Shown one piece after another: positions 24,101 through 35,292 of a stretch of 64,000 bases of DNA. This stretch comes from Takakia lepidozioides (Eukaryota; Plantae; Bryophyta), in assembly GCA_030704615.1 (NCBI GenBank), contig CM060732.1, positions 74,586,001 to 74,650,000 of the forward strand, written 5' to 3'. A program made the position numbers and the translations under genes. Every line of letters begins with the position of its first letter. Position 1 is the stretch's first letter. Under the pieces are notes generated by a model, which saw only the letters and a program-made list of their open reading frames with translations, was not told the DNA's origin and searched no databases.

Positions 24101-26942
24101 CCGTTGTGTGGGCAACCTGAAGACAACATCCACTTTCTGATTCTTTGTCCTGGGTACTCTCACCAGAGAGACGTCCTCTTCAAATCCATCAAGGGAATTG
24201 AGCCTGTACCTCTGTTTACCAACTTTGAAAGTCTCGAGGCTGAGCCGAAAGCCCAGGCCCTTTGGGGCCTAGTTATTGGGCAAACCACACACAGCAGATT
24301 GATGCTTGTGTAAAGGGATTTCTAGAGGATATCTCGAAAATTCGGATCAATTGTCTGTTCCAAGGTAAGTCATACCACCGGTGTCAGCCCCTGACAAAGG
24401 TAGTTTCTGTCCCTTTGTGTTACGCTCAAACTGAGCGCGGGGTCAATGGCCACAAGGCTACGGCAAACAACGTCTTATGAGTACATTCTCTTGCGTTAAC
24501 AAGGCACAAGGGTACGGCAAACAATGTCTTGTGAGTGCATTCTCTTGTGTTAGTCATCAAAAGCTGCTAGTAACAAAATAGATGAAAAGAAAAAGTCAAA
24601 CTCATGCCACCAGACACATCAACTTTTGCCATTAAAATAGACGTTTAGGATAGTAATGTACAGCTAAAAAGGGACCATACCTGGGAATAGCCACCTGACA
24701 CAACAGCCCCCACATTGGAGAGCCTGCCTACTGCCATCAAGGCATCACCCAATACTGGCGGTGACAAAAAATCAGAATGCGCTACCTCCCATCTATCTGC
24801 TGCCCTTTGTCCCTGTCTCAAATACACCAAGAAACAAGCGTGAACTTAAGTGCAAGCAATGTTGTGTTCAATCGACTAGACTTTTAGTAGCAAATGCTTC
24901 CGTCTTAGGCATTCTGTCTCCTTGTACGAGTCATAGCAACAAGGATACAGCAAGGAGTAACAAAACTTCTCTCGCTCTGTCTGCGTCACACAAAAGAAGT
25001 TAGGCGTAAAACTTCCTTGGACTTGTTTCCAATCTGTCACATGGGTGAGGACTTGAGGATCTTAAGGGTGACCTGAAGGGCCTGCCTACCCTTGGCACTA
25101 GACTGAAATTAGACTCAGGGTGGGGAGTCTACCTTTGAACAATAAACAGATGCAGAGAGGAAAGGTAGGTTGTCAATGCCCACTGTGTGGGCAGCCTGAG
25201 GACAACATCCATTTTCTGATACAATGTCAGGGGTATTCCCATCAGAGAGCAACCCTCTTCAGGAACATTATGAACGTAGTACCTGCACCTCTGTTCACCA
25301 ACTTTCAAAATATCGAGCTGAGCTTATAGCCTTGCCCTATTGGGGTCTGACAGATCACACACAGCAGATTGATACTTGTGTGAAGGGCTTTGTAGAGAAA
25401 ATCTGGAAAGCCCGAACAAATTGTTTATATCAAGGTAAATTCCCACTACTGGAGTGAGCTCCTCACAAAGGTAGTGTCTGTTCCCTCCTGTTCCGTCCAA
25501 ACTGGGTGCAGAGTCTATGGCCACAAGGCTACGGCAAACATCTTATTAGTACATTATCTGTGTCGCACATACAGACTTCACACCTGTATTTCCATCACTT
25601 GTCAACCACTCACTAGTCAAGCAGTTGTGAAGTTCAGGAGAGGTGAGACATACCTGTTCAAGAATATGTGCGACATCATCCACGTTGCCCTTATCAACAC
25701 CAGCCAGTAACTCATTTTTATCCTCGCGGGATAGCACAGCTGCATAGCATACACCTGTGCCCATTCAACCCCTCTTTTAGATCAGATCCTCTTGTAAGAT
25801 ATCTGCTCTGCTCCATTTTCGATTGCAGGTTTCCTTGAGCCGATATAACAATACACGATGCGATACAGCTCTAACAGCCAAGAGAATGCACTCGTCAGAC
25901 GTTGTTTTCCGGAGCCTTGTGGGCCTAACAGCCAATAGTGAAGGCCCTCCAGGTTCCAAGAGCTGAAAAGAATGGACTTATGACTGGAGTTCTGATCAGC
26001 CTACAACTAGCCTTACTGTGGAGCCTACACTCTTGGCAACTTACTGTAACCTGAGGAGTTGTGATCAATTTGCAGAAAACCTGCCATGGCAATTACTAGA
26101 AGGAAGTCCAAGGACCCAGCTTTTACAACGGTTTAAACAAAGTTGCATTGATTAGAGATGGAATATCTGATTCTTACTCTCTCATTCCCTCTCTCTCTAC
26201 GCTAGAGCAAACAATGTCTTATGAGTACATTCTCTACGCTAGAGCAAACAATGTCTTTCGAGTACATTCTCTCAATCAACTCTTTCTGGCGGTGTATAGA
26301 TTCTTTCTTTCTTTCATTTCATTTCATTTCATTTTTCTCATTCTATGAGTTCCCAAAAGATGTTATTCCTGCTATGTCCACTTTTCTCGTTCAGCCCTGA
26401 AGTTCGGCGGAAGCTAATATGGCCTTCCTTCATTTTACATGCAAACAACCGGAGCCTACCCCTGACAGGGAGCAGTGGCCGCAAGGTGAAGTGGCTCTCA
26501 TTTACGCCAGCTTTGGCCGAGTCTTCTCTCTCTACAAACAACAGTTACCTTATCAAACGAAGATAAATGGCTCAAGTGGCTACATGTGTTTGGCCAACTC
26601 AATTCTCTCCCTCAATTTCCATACCTGTTGCCGATATGCTGCTGGTAATTTTCACTTTCCAATATACGTTGGACTGTCATATACGCGAATGATGATTACA
26701 TACGAAACAGCACCTCTAAGAAAGGAGCTCTAGATCGTCGACCAACATTTCTCGCTACCACAAAACGGACAAGTGGCGATGAATTGTAGCATACCTGCTC
26801 TGTGACAGTGATTCCAGAGACGGGGCTTAGTTACACGAGCTCGGAAAGAGATTGTGCCCAAGGTGTGACCCAGCAAGTGCAATGGTCGCGGTACATGCAT
26901 AGCCTGAGCTCGTATCACGTGCCCCATAGTACAAGCAGCCAT
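18131..26942 (-). CDS. ylmH: Plastid-targeted YlmH/Sll1252-like S4-domain RNA-binding protein, 10 exons
   Basis: Exons 26942-26795, 25754-25654, 24812-24681, 23725-23628, 22787-22682, 22208-22140, 21781-21717, 21598-21500, 21167-21068, 18193-18131. All introns GT-AG and phases are consistent. Motifs SDFLSPP, GGYSQAERCRI, THADFLGAVLGTGIAREKVGDI, SLRVDALASAGFRMSRSK, GDVVSVQGKGRL. Confidence 0.92.
18395..18810 (-). mobile_element. Tandem 3' fragments of the (TC)n-tailed LINE family C
   Basis: Two consecutive ...CTTATGAGTACA(T)TCTCTC ends plus degenerate C-terminal coding sequence, in the last YlmH intron. Confidence 0.8.
19040..20798 (-). mobile_element. LINE family C copy (5'-truncated RT plus C-terminal CCHC) followed by an older 3' fragment
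   Basis: GVAQGCTLSPLLFN, LMFADD, YTYLG, CQLC..ED..HFL..C. TCTCTTGATG lies at both ends of the young copy (candidate TSD); older fragment at 19040-19225. Confidence 0.92.
23982..24546 (+). mobile_element. LINE family C 3' fragment with a tandem second 3' end
   Basis: [16 protein letters not shown]...[10 protein letters not shown] followed by a repeat of the terminal segment at about 24505-24546. Confidence 0.88.
25005..25555 (+). mobile_element. Degenerate LINE family C 3' fragment
   Basis: Homologous to the C-terminal coding region and 3' end of the other copies. Confidence 0.82.
26190..26273 (+). repeat. Tandem very short LINE family C 3' termini
   Basis: (CT)n followed by two copies of GCTAGAGCAAACAATGTCTT..GAGTACATTCTCT. 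Confidence 0.75.
26451..26533 (+). repeat. Stand-alone diverged copy of the Dualen-like 3' terminal structure
   Basis: GGAGCCTACCCCTGACAGGGAGCAGTGGCCGCAAGGTGAAGTGGCTCTC...GAGTCTTCTCTCTCT aligns with 15416-15507. Confidence 0.75.
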
Positions 26943-27577
26943 ACCTGCTTTCTCTTCTGTCACAAGATCTGTCTAGTGCCCGTAGGAGGAAGAGCAACGT
27001 GGGTATCTATCTAAGTGACGAGCCGCAGACACAAATGAGCAAGGACAGAAAAAATAACAGGAATCAGAAATAGACCGAAGTTGGGTGCCCAATTTGCTCC
27101 ACCGGTTTCCAACGATAACTTTTAGTGAAGAAGCCACATCACATGCAAGAAGACGGTCATGACTCATGACCAAGAGACGTTTGAACTTGATCGGTTTTCT
27201 TGTCTTTATACGTCCCTTTGTTTATGAGGTGGGGGGTTTCCTTCTCCACTAACCAGAGGTTCTTGTCAATCTTTGTACAAGCACCTCATTTGGGTCTTAT
27301 ATAAAGCTTACTGCCTTTACAGAGATTGTATTGATATGAACTTGCCATCTGTACTTGTGTAAAAGCCGGGCATTTTCCAGATCTAGAAGAGGAGTTTTGG
27401 GCACGTGGATTTGACAATAGTGTCTGCTGCGAGTAGCAAGGGTGATCGAAGAACGATCGAGCGGTGCCCTGTCTGCAAGCCACTGCTTGAATCAGTGTGA
27501 GGTTTGGCATTGGTCTACTGATCGGTGGTGATCCGAAGCTCAAATTTTATTTCGATTACGTTTGTGGACAGTTTGTA

Positions 27578-30500
27578 ATGGGTAAGCAGGAGGCAAAAGA
27601 GAACCAGGAAATGGAGGAGCTGATCGCGAGGCTGAGGAAGCAATTGACAGAGTTAGGGCAGGTACATGTGCTGGCGGGGCTCTCTAGGGGCGAAGAGTGG
27701 CAGCGCCAAGCTCTCATCGACCAGCTCCGAAGCATTGATTTTTCTGTTTTCCAACACGCCTTGGTCGATGTCCTTCACACACTCCATTCTCCAAAACTGT
27801 GAGTGTGTATGTGGCTTTTCCTTTTTTTATGTGGGTTTTGCTCACCATGGAGACCAACCCACTATTGTGGACTGTGGGGTGCATAATCATCCTTTCTTTG
27901 ACGAGACCTTTCTGTCGGAAATGTCACGGGAGGTTTGATACAGGGGCAGGGATTAGCTACATTGTGGCCTCGATTCGGCTATCCTTGTTGGTTGAGGAAA
28001 AAATTATCGAGAATGAATGTCAAGAGTTCAAGGACATCGTGGGGCTCATGAGTTTGTTAGACACTCCAGGCAGTTGTATATACGAATCATCTATGTCGCA
28101 TTTCAGAACATCTTTGGTTTGTGATTGTCCGGTGCTCAATTCACTCTACGCATCAGCTATCAATCTGAGTGAGCCATGCAGAGGAATATGCTTAGTTATG
28201 TATTCGAGAACGATTCCAGAGTTATAATCCTCTTGACAGCCTATGGGATAGACTGTTCAAGTCTCTCATAAATAGTGGAGTACTATTGTCATCTCATCTT
28301 TTGCACGGTGTGGTCTTGTGCTTTGGATTTGAGGGAGATCAGCCCGATCAGGCATCCAGAGCCGCCTCCATCATTCCCCTGCTCACATTGGGAGAACTTT
28401 CAGCACTGGCTGGTGAATGCCAACAATGAGGTCGAGAAGAGCATGGCAGCTGTGGATAGAGACACTGCACGATGGTGGATGGAAGGACTCAAGCTTGTGG
28501 CAGATGGAAAGGTGGCGACATTGGTTCTTGCTGGGGGCCAAAGCACACGCCTTGGGCCGGGTGCCCCTCCTGTCAAAGGCATGCTAGAGCTAGGCCTCCC
28601 ACAGCCCAAGTCGCTGTTCCAGCTACAAGCAGAGCGATTGTTTCTTGTTCAGGAGCTTGCTTCTGAAGTATGTATCCGAACACCTTAGTGTAGTCTGTAG
28701 ATCTACCAGGAAAGTAGTTAAGGTGTGGCTAGACTTGTTGGATCGGCAAAAATTGGCAGCCCTGTACTGTTCAACTGCTAAACCATTGGCTTCCTTGTCT
28801 CCCCAATCTAACTGGCAACACAAGTCCCCCATGGTGGTCATTCACACATCTGAGTGAATGTGTGGCCAATTTCAACACGTGGGAGTGCATCCTTGACGTT
28901 TCACATAGTAACCACTGGGGACCGTCACTGTGTTCTGCTAAAGCAATCTGGGCTGCCTTGGGGGCTCATCACCTTCTCTCCTGGTGAGAGTGCAGGCTCC
29001 CAAAAGGGGGCAATATCTGCATGGGGAAGAGGCTTGTTTTTATGCATCTCAGTCTCTTAACTCTCTCTCTCTCTCTACCAGCCCTTATGTTTGCGGATGA
29101 CTTTGCAGGCATAGGGGAGACTCCAACCAATCTCCAGGAGTTGATTGATTGCGCGAAGAGATACTTTGATCTTTGGGGGCTAGAGGCTAATGTCAGCAAA
29201 TGTGCAGTGGTAGCTTTCAACGACAGAGGAGAGGGAGGAAGTGATCTTAAGTGGCAGTGGGGTAGCCAAGAGATCCTGGTCCTCCCTTCCTACACTTACC
29301 TGGGCGTTGAGTTCTCCTCCAATTGTAATTGGGATGCACATATCCGGAAAGTTGTTCAAACTGGCAAGGGCAAAGCTCTGGGGCTCACTAAATTTTTTCA
29401 CTGCAGAGGGGTCAACCCTGAGGTTAAGAAAACCATGCTTTGTCGCGTTATTAGACCTGCCTTGGAGTACGGATCTGCTATATGGGTTGATAACTCCAAC
29501 CAGGCTAAGTCTCTAGAATCCATTCAAGTGGGGGTGCTTAAGGAGTGTATGTCAGCATGCTCCAAAACAGCCAATGTGGCTGTTCAGGGTGAGTTTGGCA
29601 TTCCATCCTTAAGCTCCCGATGAGATGAATTCAAGGTCAGATGGTGGGGTCAGCTGCAACATATGCCCAACACCAGATATCCTAAGTTAATCGACTCTAT
29701 ATCTTGGAAACAGGACCGCCCTGTCAAACAGGCTAAGTCCTGGCAGAAGAGAGTAGAAGAGATCCTCAAGGACCTGGACCTGGATCCGCAAGTCTTGACC
29801 CTGCTGGATAAATCTGACTTAGAGGCTGTAGTGTCCTCAGCCATGTCTGTTGCCATGAGATTGTCTGATGAAAATGAAGTTAGGCAGAAAACTTCCCTGA
29901 ACTTGTTTCCAGTCTGTGACATGGGGGAGGACATCTTGGATGACCTCAAGGGTCTACCCACTCTCGGCACTAGACTGAAATTTAAACTCAGGGCAGGAAG
30001 CCTACCTTTGAACAGCAAACAGAAGCAGAGAGGAAAGGGAGAGTGCAATTGCCCGTTGTGTGGGCAATCTGAAGACAGTATTCATTTTCTGATACACTCT
30101 CTGGGGTTCTCTCACCAAAGAGACGCTCTCTTCAAATCTATTAAGGGAATTGTGCCTGTACCCCCGTTTACCAACTTTGAAAGTCTCGAGGCTGAGCCAA
30201 AAGCCCAGGCCCTCCTGAGGCCTAGTTTTTGGGCAAATCACACAGAGCAGATTGATTGTTGTGTGAAGGGATTTCTAGAGGATATCTGGAAAACCCGGAT
30301 TAATTCTTTATATGGAGGTAAGTCTTACTACCAACGTCAGCCCCTGACAGAGGTAGGTTCTGTCCCTTTTGTTCCCGCTCAAACTGGGCGCGGGGTCAAT
30401 GGCCACAAGGCTACGGCAAACAACATCTTATGAGTACAATCTCTTAGGGGCGTGAGGCCAAGAAAGCTGAACTCATTAGACTCCATTTTGCTGCATCATG

Positions 30501-32454
30501 ATCACAGCCTCCATGTAAGATTTGGATAGACCACAGAGAAAGATGGGGAGAGGAACTGCAACTGGGATTTCTTATAAGAGCTCACCTGCTCAGCTGCTAG
30601 TAGATGTCTCGAGGGAATTTGGAAATGATGTGTATTCTGTATTGCCTTGAAATATTTAGCTTTCTATCAGTTTTTATCGTATCCTTCCTCATTGTCAGAT
30701 GGAATCATCTCAATTATATTGAATGCTCTGTGTTGAATTTATAACTGATTTGTCTGCTATTGCATGTTTCTGGTAGCTAGTCACTTTCTGGCAGTTTCCT
30801 AAGATGCCAGTCAGCTACTGAATTATTGACAAAATATCTCCAGGTTGCACCTCCAGGGGTGAAGCCTCGAATTCCATGGCTCATTATGACTAGCGATGCT
30901 ACTGATTCACAGACCCGCACCTATTTCGAGGAGGCGGCCTTTTTTGGCCTTGACAAGTCCCAGGCAATTCCTCTGCACTCTTCTGACGTTATGAAGTTTT
31001 TGGTTCAACAGTTCCATAAAATTTGCCTCCAGCAGCAACTAAGTGGAACGTAATGGTGGGAGCAGATCTGGTTTGTGAAGCAAAGCAGTCTTCCATGTGT
31101 GGGCCTGGATATGACAGATAAGGGCCTCTCTATCCTCATGGAGACACCATGGAAGGTTGCCCTAGCACCTGCTGGCAATGGTGCCATTTTCTCTGATCTC
31201 CGCACCGCAGGGGTCGTGGAAAGGCTTGCTGGCGAAGGGGTACAATATGTTCAGGTTGCTACAAGCGATCTCCATTTGCAGTGTTTTGCTGTTGTGTGGG
31301 CATGCATGTATCCTCTCCTTCTCAATGTTAGTACTGCTGACATTTAAATTTCAGACCTGACCTGATCAATTGAGAATACAACATTGGTGCAGATGTATGC
31401 AGTTGACAATGCCCTGGTGAGGGTTGCAGACCCAGTGTTCTTTGGATTTGTGCATGAGCGCAAAGCAGATGTTGGTGTGAAAGTGGTGACTAAGACGTCT
31501 CCAGAGGAGTCAGTTGGTGTTGTTTGCCTTCAGTCAGATGGAGCGAATTCTCTTAATGGGGATTCTGACCTTAAAGGTGTTGACCCTGAGGTGGAAGAAA
31601 GTGATGCTGTAGGAGCTAAGGAGGAGTCCTGTCATACTGTACGGTATGGGGTTCTGGAGTACAGTGAGATGCCTGAAACGTTGCGGACAGCAAGGGAAGA
31701 AACTGAAGTGTTGGAAAGTGAAGGACAAGATGCTGTAGAGAGGCAGCTGTTTTTCCGGGCAGCTCATATTTGTATCAACATGTTTTCAGTGGAGTATCTG
31801 AAAAAGCTGACTGATTCCCAGTTTGAATTGGAGTTCCACCCAGCAGTGAAGCGCATACCATGTGTAATGGAAGAGTCAGGAAAGTGGGTGTCGGTGGTTC
31901 CCAACAAACCCAATGGGATTAAACTGGAGCGGTTTATCTTTGATGCCTTCAGATACTGCGACACAGAGAAGGTGGGTTTCTGTTAAAAAAGCATATCGTG
32001 TCTCAAGAACCATCCCAACTATTTGCTCTTGCCAATAGTTTGTAAGTCTACGTGTCGAAGGGACAAAGCTTTGTCAAGGAACAATTTTCTACGTTACCTC
32101 TAAATCGCTTTTGGCCCTAGAGTGGGAAGTCACAATTTAATGAAAATGTCCCGAGTTTAAATTCTCTTAAAAGTACTTTGGACTTTGGCCTACCTGATCA
32201 GCTTCATTATTCTGGGCATGTAGGTGGCTTTGTTGGAGGTAGCTAGAGAGGAGGAGTTTGCACCTATCAAGAACGCTGTGGGCCCAGGTGTTCCTGACAC
32301 TGCTGCAACCGCTCGCGATTTGATGCTGGCGCTCTACCATCGTGTTTCAACAGGTGGCCCTGACCAAGCAGACACTCTGTACCAGCAAAAACTGAGCAGA
32401 TATTTATTGCTTCTGAAGGCTTATGTGGGAGGGCATTTAGGAGGAGTGGTCTAG
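27578..32454 (+). CDS. UDP-N-acetylglucosamine pyrophosphorylase-like protein (RimM-less paralog of the fusion gene), 6 exons
   Basis: Exons 27578-27798, 28343-28667, 30844-30963 (GC donor), 31066-31254, 31393-31971, 32224-32454. Motifs [53 protein letters not shown]. Confidence 0.88.
29076..30446 (+). mobile_element. LINE family C copy in intron 2 of the UAP-like gene
   Basis: Near-identical to the 19.2-20.8 kb copy, with one internal stop. TCTCTTA at 29053-29059 and 30440-30446 (candidate TSD). Confidence 0.92.
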
Positions 32455-33516
32455 ATCATTGAATTGGTTCATGGTTTTAGTTGCACATTGACTCTTCACT
32501 TTTTTTTGTGACTATAGCTGGCTCAAGACCTCTTACGTAGATGAGTATCAGTGTCTGGTAGAGACTATGATACAGTCATGAAGCCATTATGTCGTGCATT
32601 TTGCGAGTCACTCTGTTACTTCACAGGTTGGGTACACCTTACACAGGGAACACCATCTTCAATGTGCTAGTTCTCAGAAGGGGGCAAGAATGTCCACATA
32701 GCAGGAACTGGGCATATCAGTATGATAGGAGGATCCTTTGATGATTAGGGCTGCAGCATAATCCCCCGTCTCATGGTAAGATTGCACCCTCTCAGCAGCT
32801 AGCAATCCTTGCCCTACACAGTCTTGCACCGGACACTATCAATGCCAAAGATAATTTCAACAGTGGCAAAACCTTGATGCATGCACTGAGAAAAGGAATC
32901 GCATTTGTTGTCATACCTATCCCAAACCTTCAAGGCCCCCCCACCAGCAGGGGTGAATCAAGGGTTTTTTTCCTCCCCTCCCATGTATTCCATCATTCAT
33001 GTTTAGTGGCTACATCTTGCCATCCTATGTGCCCAGTTCCTTGTACCAACCATCTCTAGAAAAACCCAAATATCTCAACCTTCAGGAAGGCATGAAATGA
33101 TGGAGATTTGTTTGGAGAGCACTCTACCACACACACCTGCTCCAGACCTTCCGGCACAGCTCTCCATGCCACTCTCAAAACTAATTGCCAAGAGCCTTCC
33201 TGGTGGATGCCATATGTTTGTTTCAGATCAAGTGCCGGCATAAACTGTCCAAACAAAAGCCAGAATTGTCACTACTGAATGCAGACTCTACCCACCACAA
33301 CACACCCCTTCACCTCTGGGGCACATCGCCACCAGAGCTATAACTACGTTTCAACAGATCTGTACAGTGATAACTTGGACCTCTCTTTTGTTGAGGCAGA
33401 AACATCTGCTGCTCAACATGAACTCTTTGTACCACCACAATATGTATGAATTAAACTATAAATACACAATTTCTATTGCTATATATAATATTTTCACCCA
33501 AGTTCCTCCAGCAGCT

Positions 33517-33598
33517 GACAACTTGGCCGAGTGGTTAAGGCGACAGACTCGAAATCTGTTGGGCTCTGCCCGCGCAGGTTCAAATCCTGCAGTTGTCG
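33517..33598 (+). tRNA. tRNA-Ser (anticodon CGA)
   Basis: Acceptor GACAACT/AGTTGTC plus G73; D-arm TGGCCGAGTGG; anticodon arm ACAGA-CTCGAAA-TCTGT; long variable arm; GGTTCAAATCC; TTTT just downstream and AT-rich upstream. Confidence 0.96.
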
Positions 33599-35292
33599 CT
33601 GTCGTTTTCAAGGATGATCTTTTGCCTTATAACCAATATTACATCCAAAAGTAATAATTACTAAATCTAATTCAGGAACAGCACAAACAGTCACGTTTCC
33701 CTTTTTCTATGCAAAAACAAAAAAAAAAGAAAAAAGGTGCCGAGGGGTGAAATAACGCAGGCTTAGCAGAATAGTGAGTCAACGGCTTCGTTAGTGAAAT
33801 TTCTTACTGACGTCGAGACTAAACGAATGGATTAATAAGGAACTACGGCAGGTTAGTGAAGAGGTTAGTGGGATGATCCCGAGGCGCATGCTGTCACGTC
33901 ATGCGAGAGAAATGATGTCGCTGCATGTGCGGCGCCATGAAGGCATTCCCATCATGGCCCCACAATGTGCCACATCGGTGGGGGCCCCACCGCCCATTTA
34001 ACTAGGGTTAGTCTGGTTCACTTTTGGACGAACAGAGAAGATACGGATGAAACACCCCTGATAGGGACGTACACGTACGTTATATGGGCCCAGATATACG
34101 AGTACGTTCCTTAAATACTCGTACACTCGCGGCAATCGCAGTCTGAAGGGTACTACTGCACGTCGTCGTTGATGACTGTGGCTTTCGAGCGACGATCGGG
34201 GCAAGGATTTGCAGCGCACAGAGCTTTCGATCTGGCGGGGCCCCACCACAATCTGACCTTGTCTCGTCTTTCTGGTGCCCTGCCCATCTCTCTGCTCTGT
34301 TTGTGTTCCGCTGCAGTCTAGAAATTGTATTTTGTGTTATAAATTTGATGTTTTCTTCTCCTGTTCTGTTTCAGTCCGTGTGAGTCTTGTCGTGATTGCG
34401 CTTGGATGAGCTTGGACTTGTTGGACATCTGTTGTTGTAAGGAGCTTTGCTTCAGGCTAGATTTCCCTTCCAATTATACCTTTCTGGTTTGTCTGTCGGG
34501 AATGTCTGAAGGGCGGTGGGCGGTGTTGGTGTTGTGTTTACCTGGAATGTCACTTGTTGTTGGCAGCTATGGCCAACAGTGCTGTGGTTGTTTTCGATGT
34601 ATAATGTACTAGTTTCTGAGATTGTGTGAGTTGACCTTGGGTTGCTGAGTTGGCCCGGTAGTTGACCCATTCTTGATCGAGATCATGTAGGAAGGTAGTC
34701 AGGGAATCCTCAGCTTGAGATCCGAATTAGTGGTGAGGTCTTGTTTCGCAGACAGAGGTTTTGTCTTACTAGCACGATCGACAGGATACTACCTCTTTTC
34801 GAATTGCTAGAAAGCCGTGTACCTGATTCTGCCAATGCACGCGGAGTCGTCCATTCGAGGGGTTTGGGTTGCTCCAACCTACTCTTGGCGTTGGCTAGAG
34901 GAGTTGAGATTGAGAAGAAAGAGGCCGATAGAGGAGAGTTTCGGAGAGAACATAGGGGGGCAATTCATTGCTAGCAGATTCGTTGGTACCACTATATGGC
35001 GGCATATTCTCGGGTTTGGGAGATGACAGATAGACATTCACTGTTTGGGGATCTGAAACCAGCACTTTTACTTGGTTGATCTTCCCCGTGATTTAATCTA
35101 GAGTAGTTTCACAAGACAATCCACTGGAAATAAATTTGCTTACCAGTACGATGAGATTGTAGGCGTCAGTTCGTGAATTTTGAGATTCAAAGTGAAAAAT
35201 TTTGTTCCGTTTGTAATCGTTAAGTCGGCTCCTCTGAGTCTTCAGTGTAAATACTCCTCTACGTGAGGTAGATTTAGATTGAACTTTTGGTA

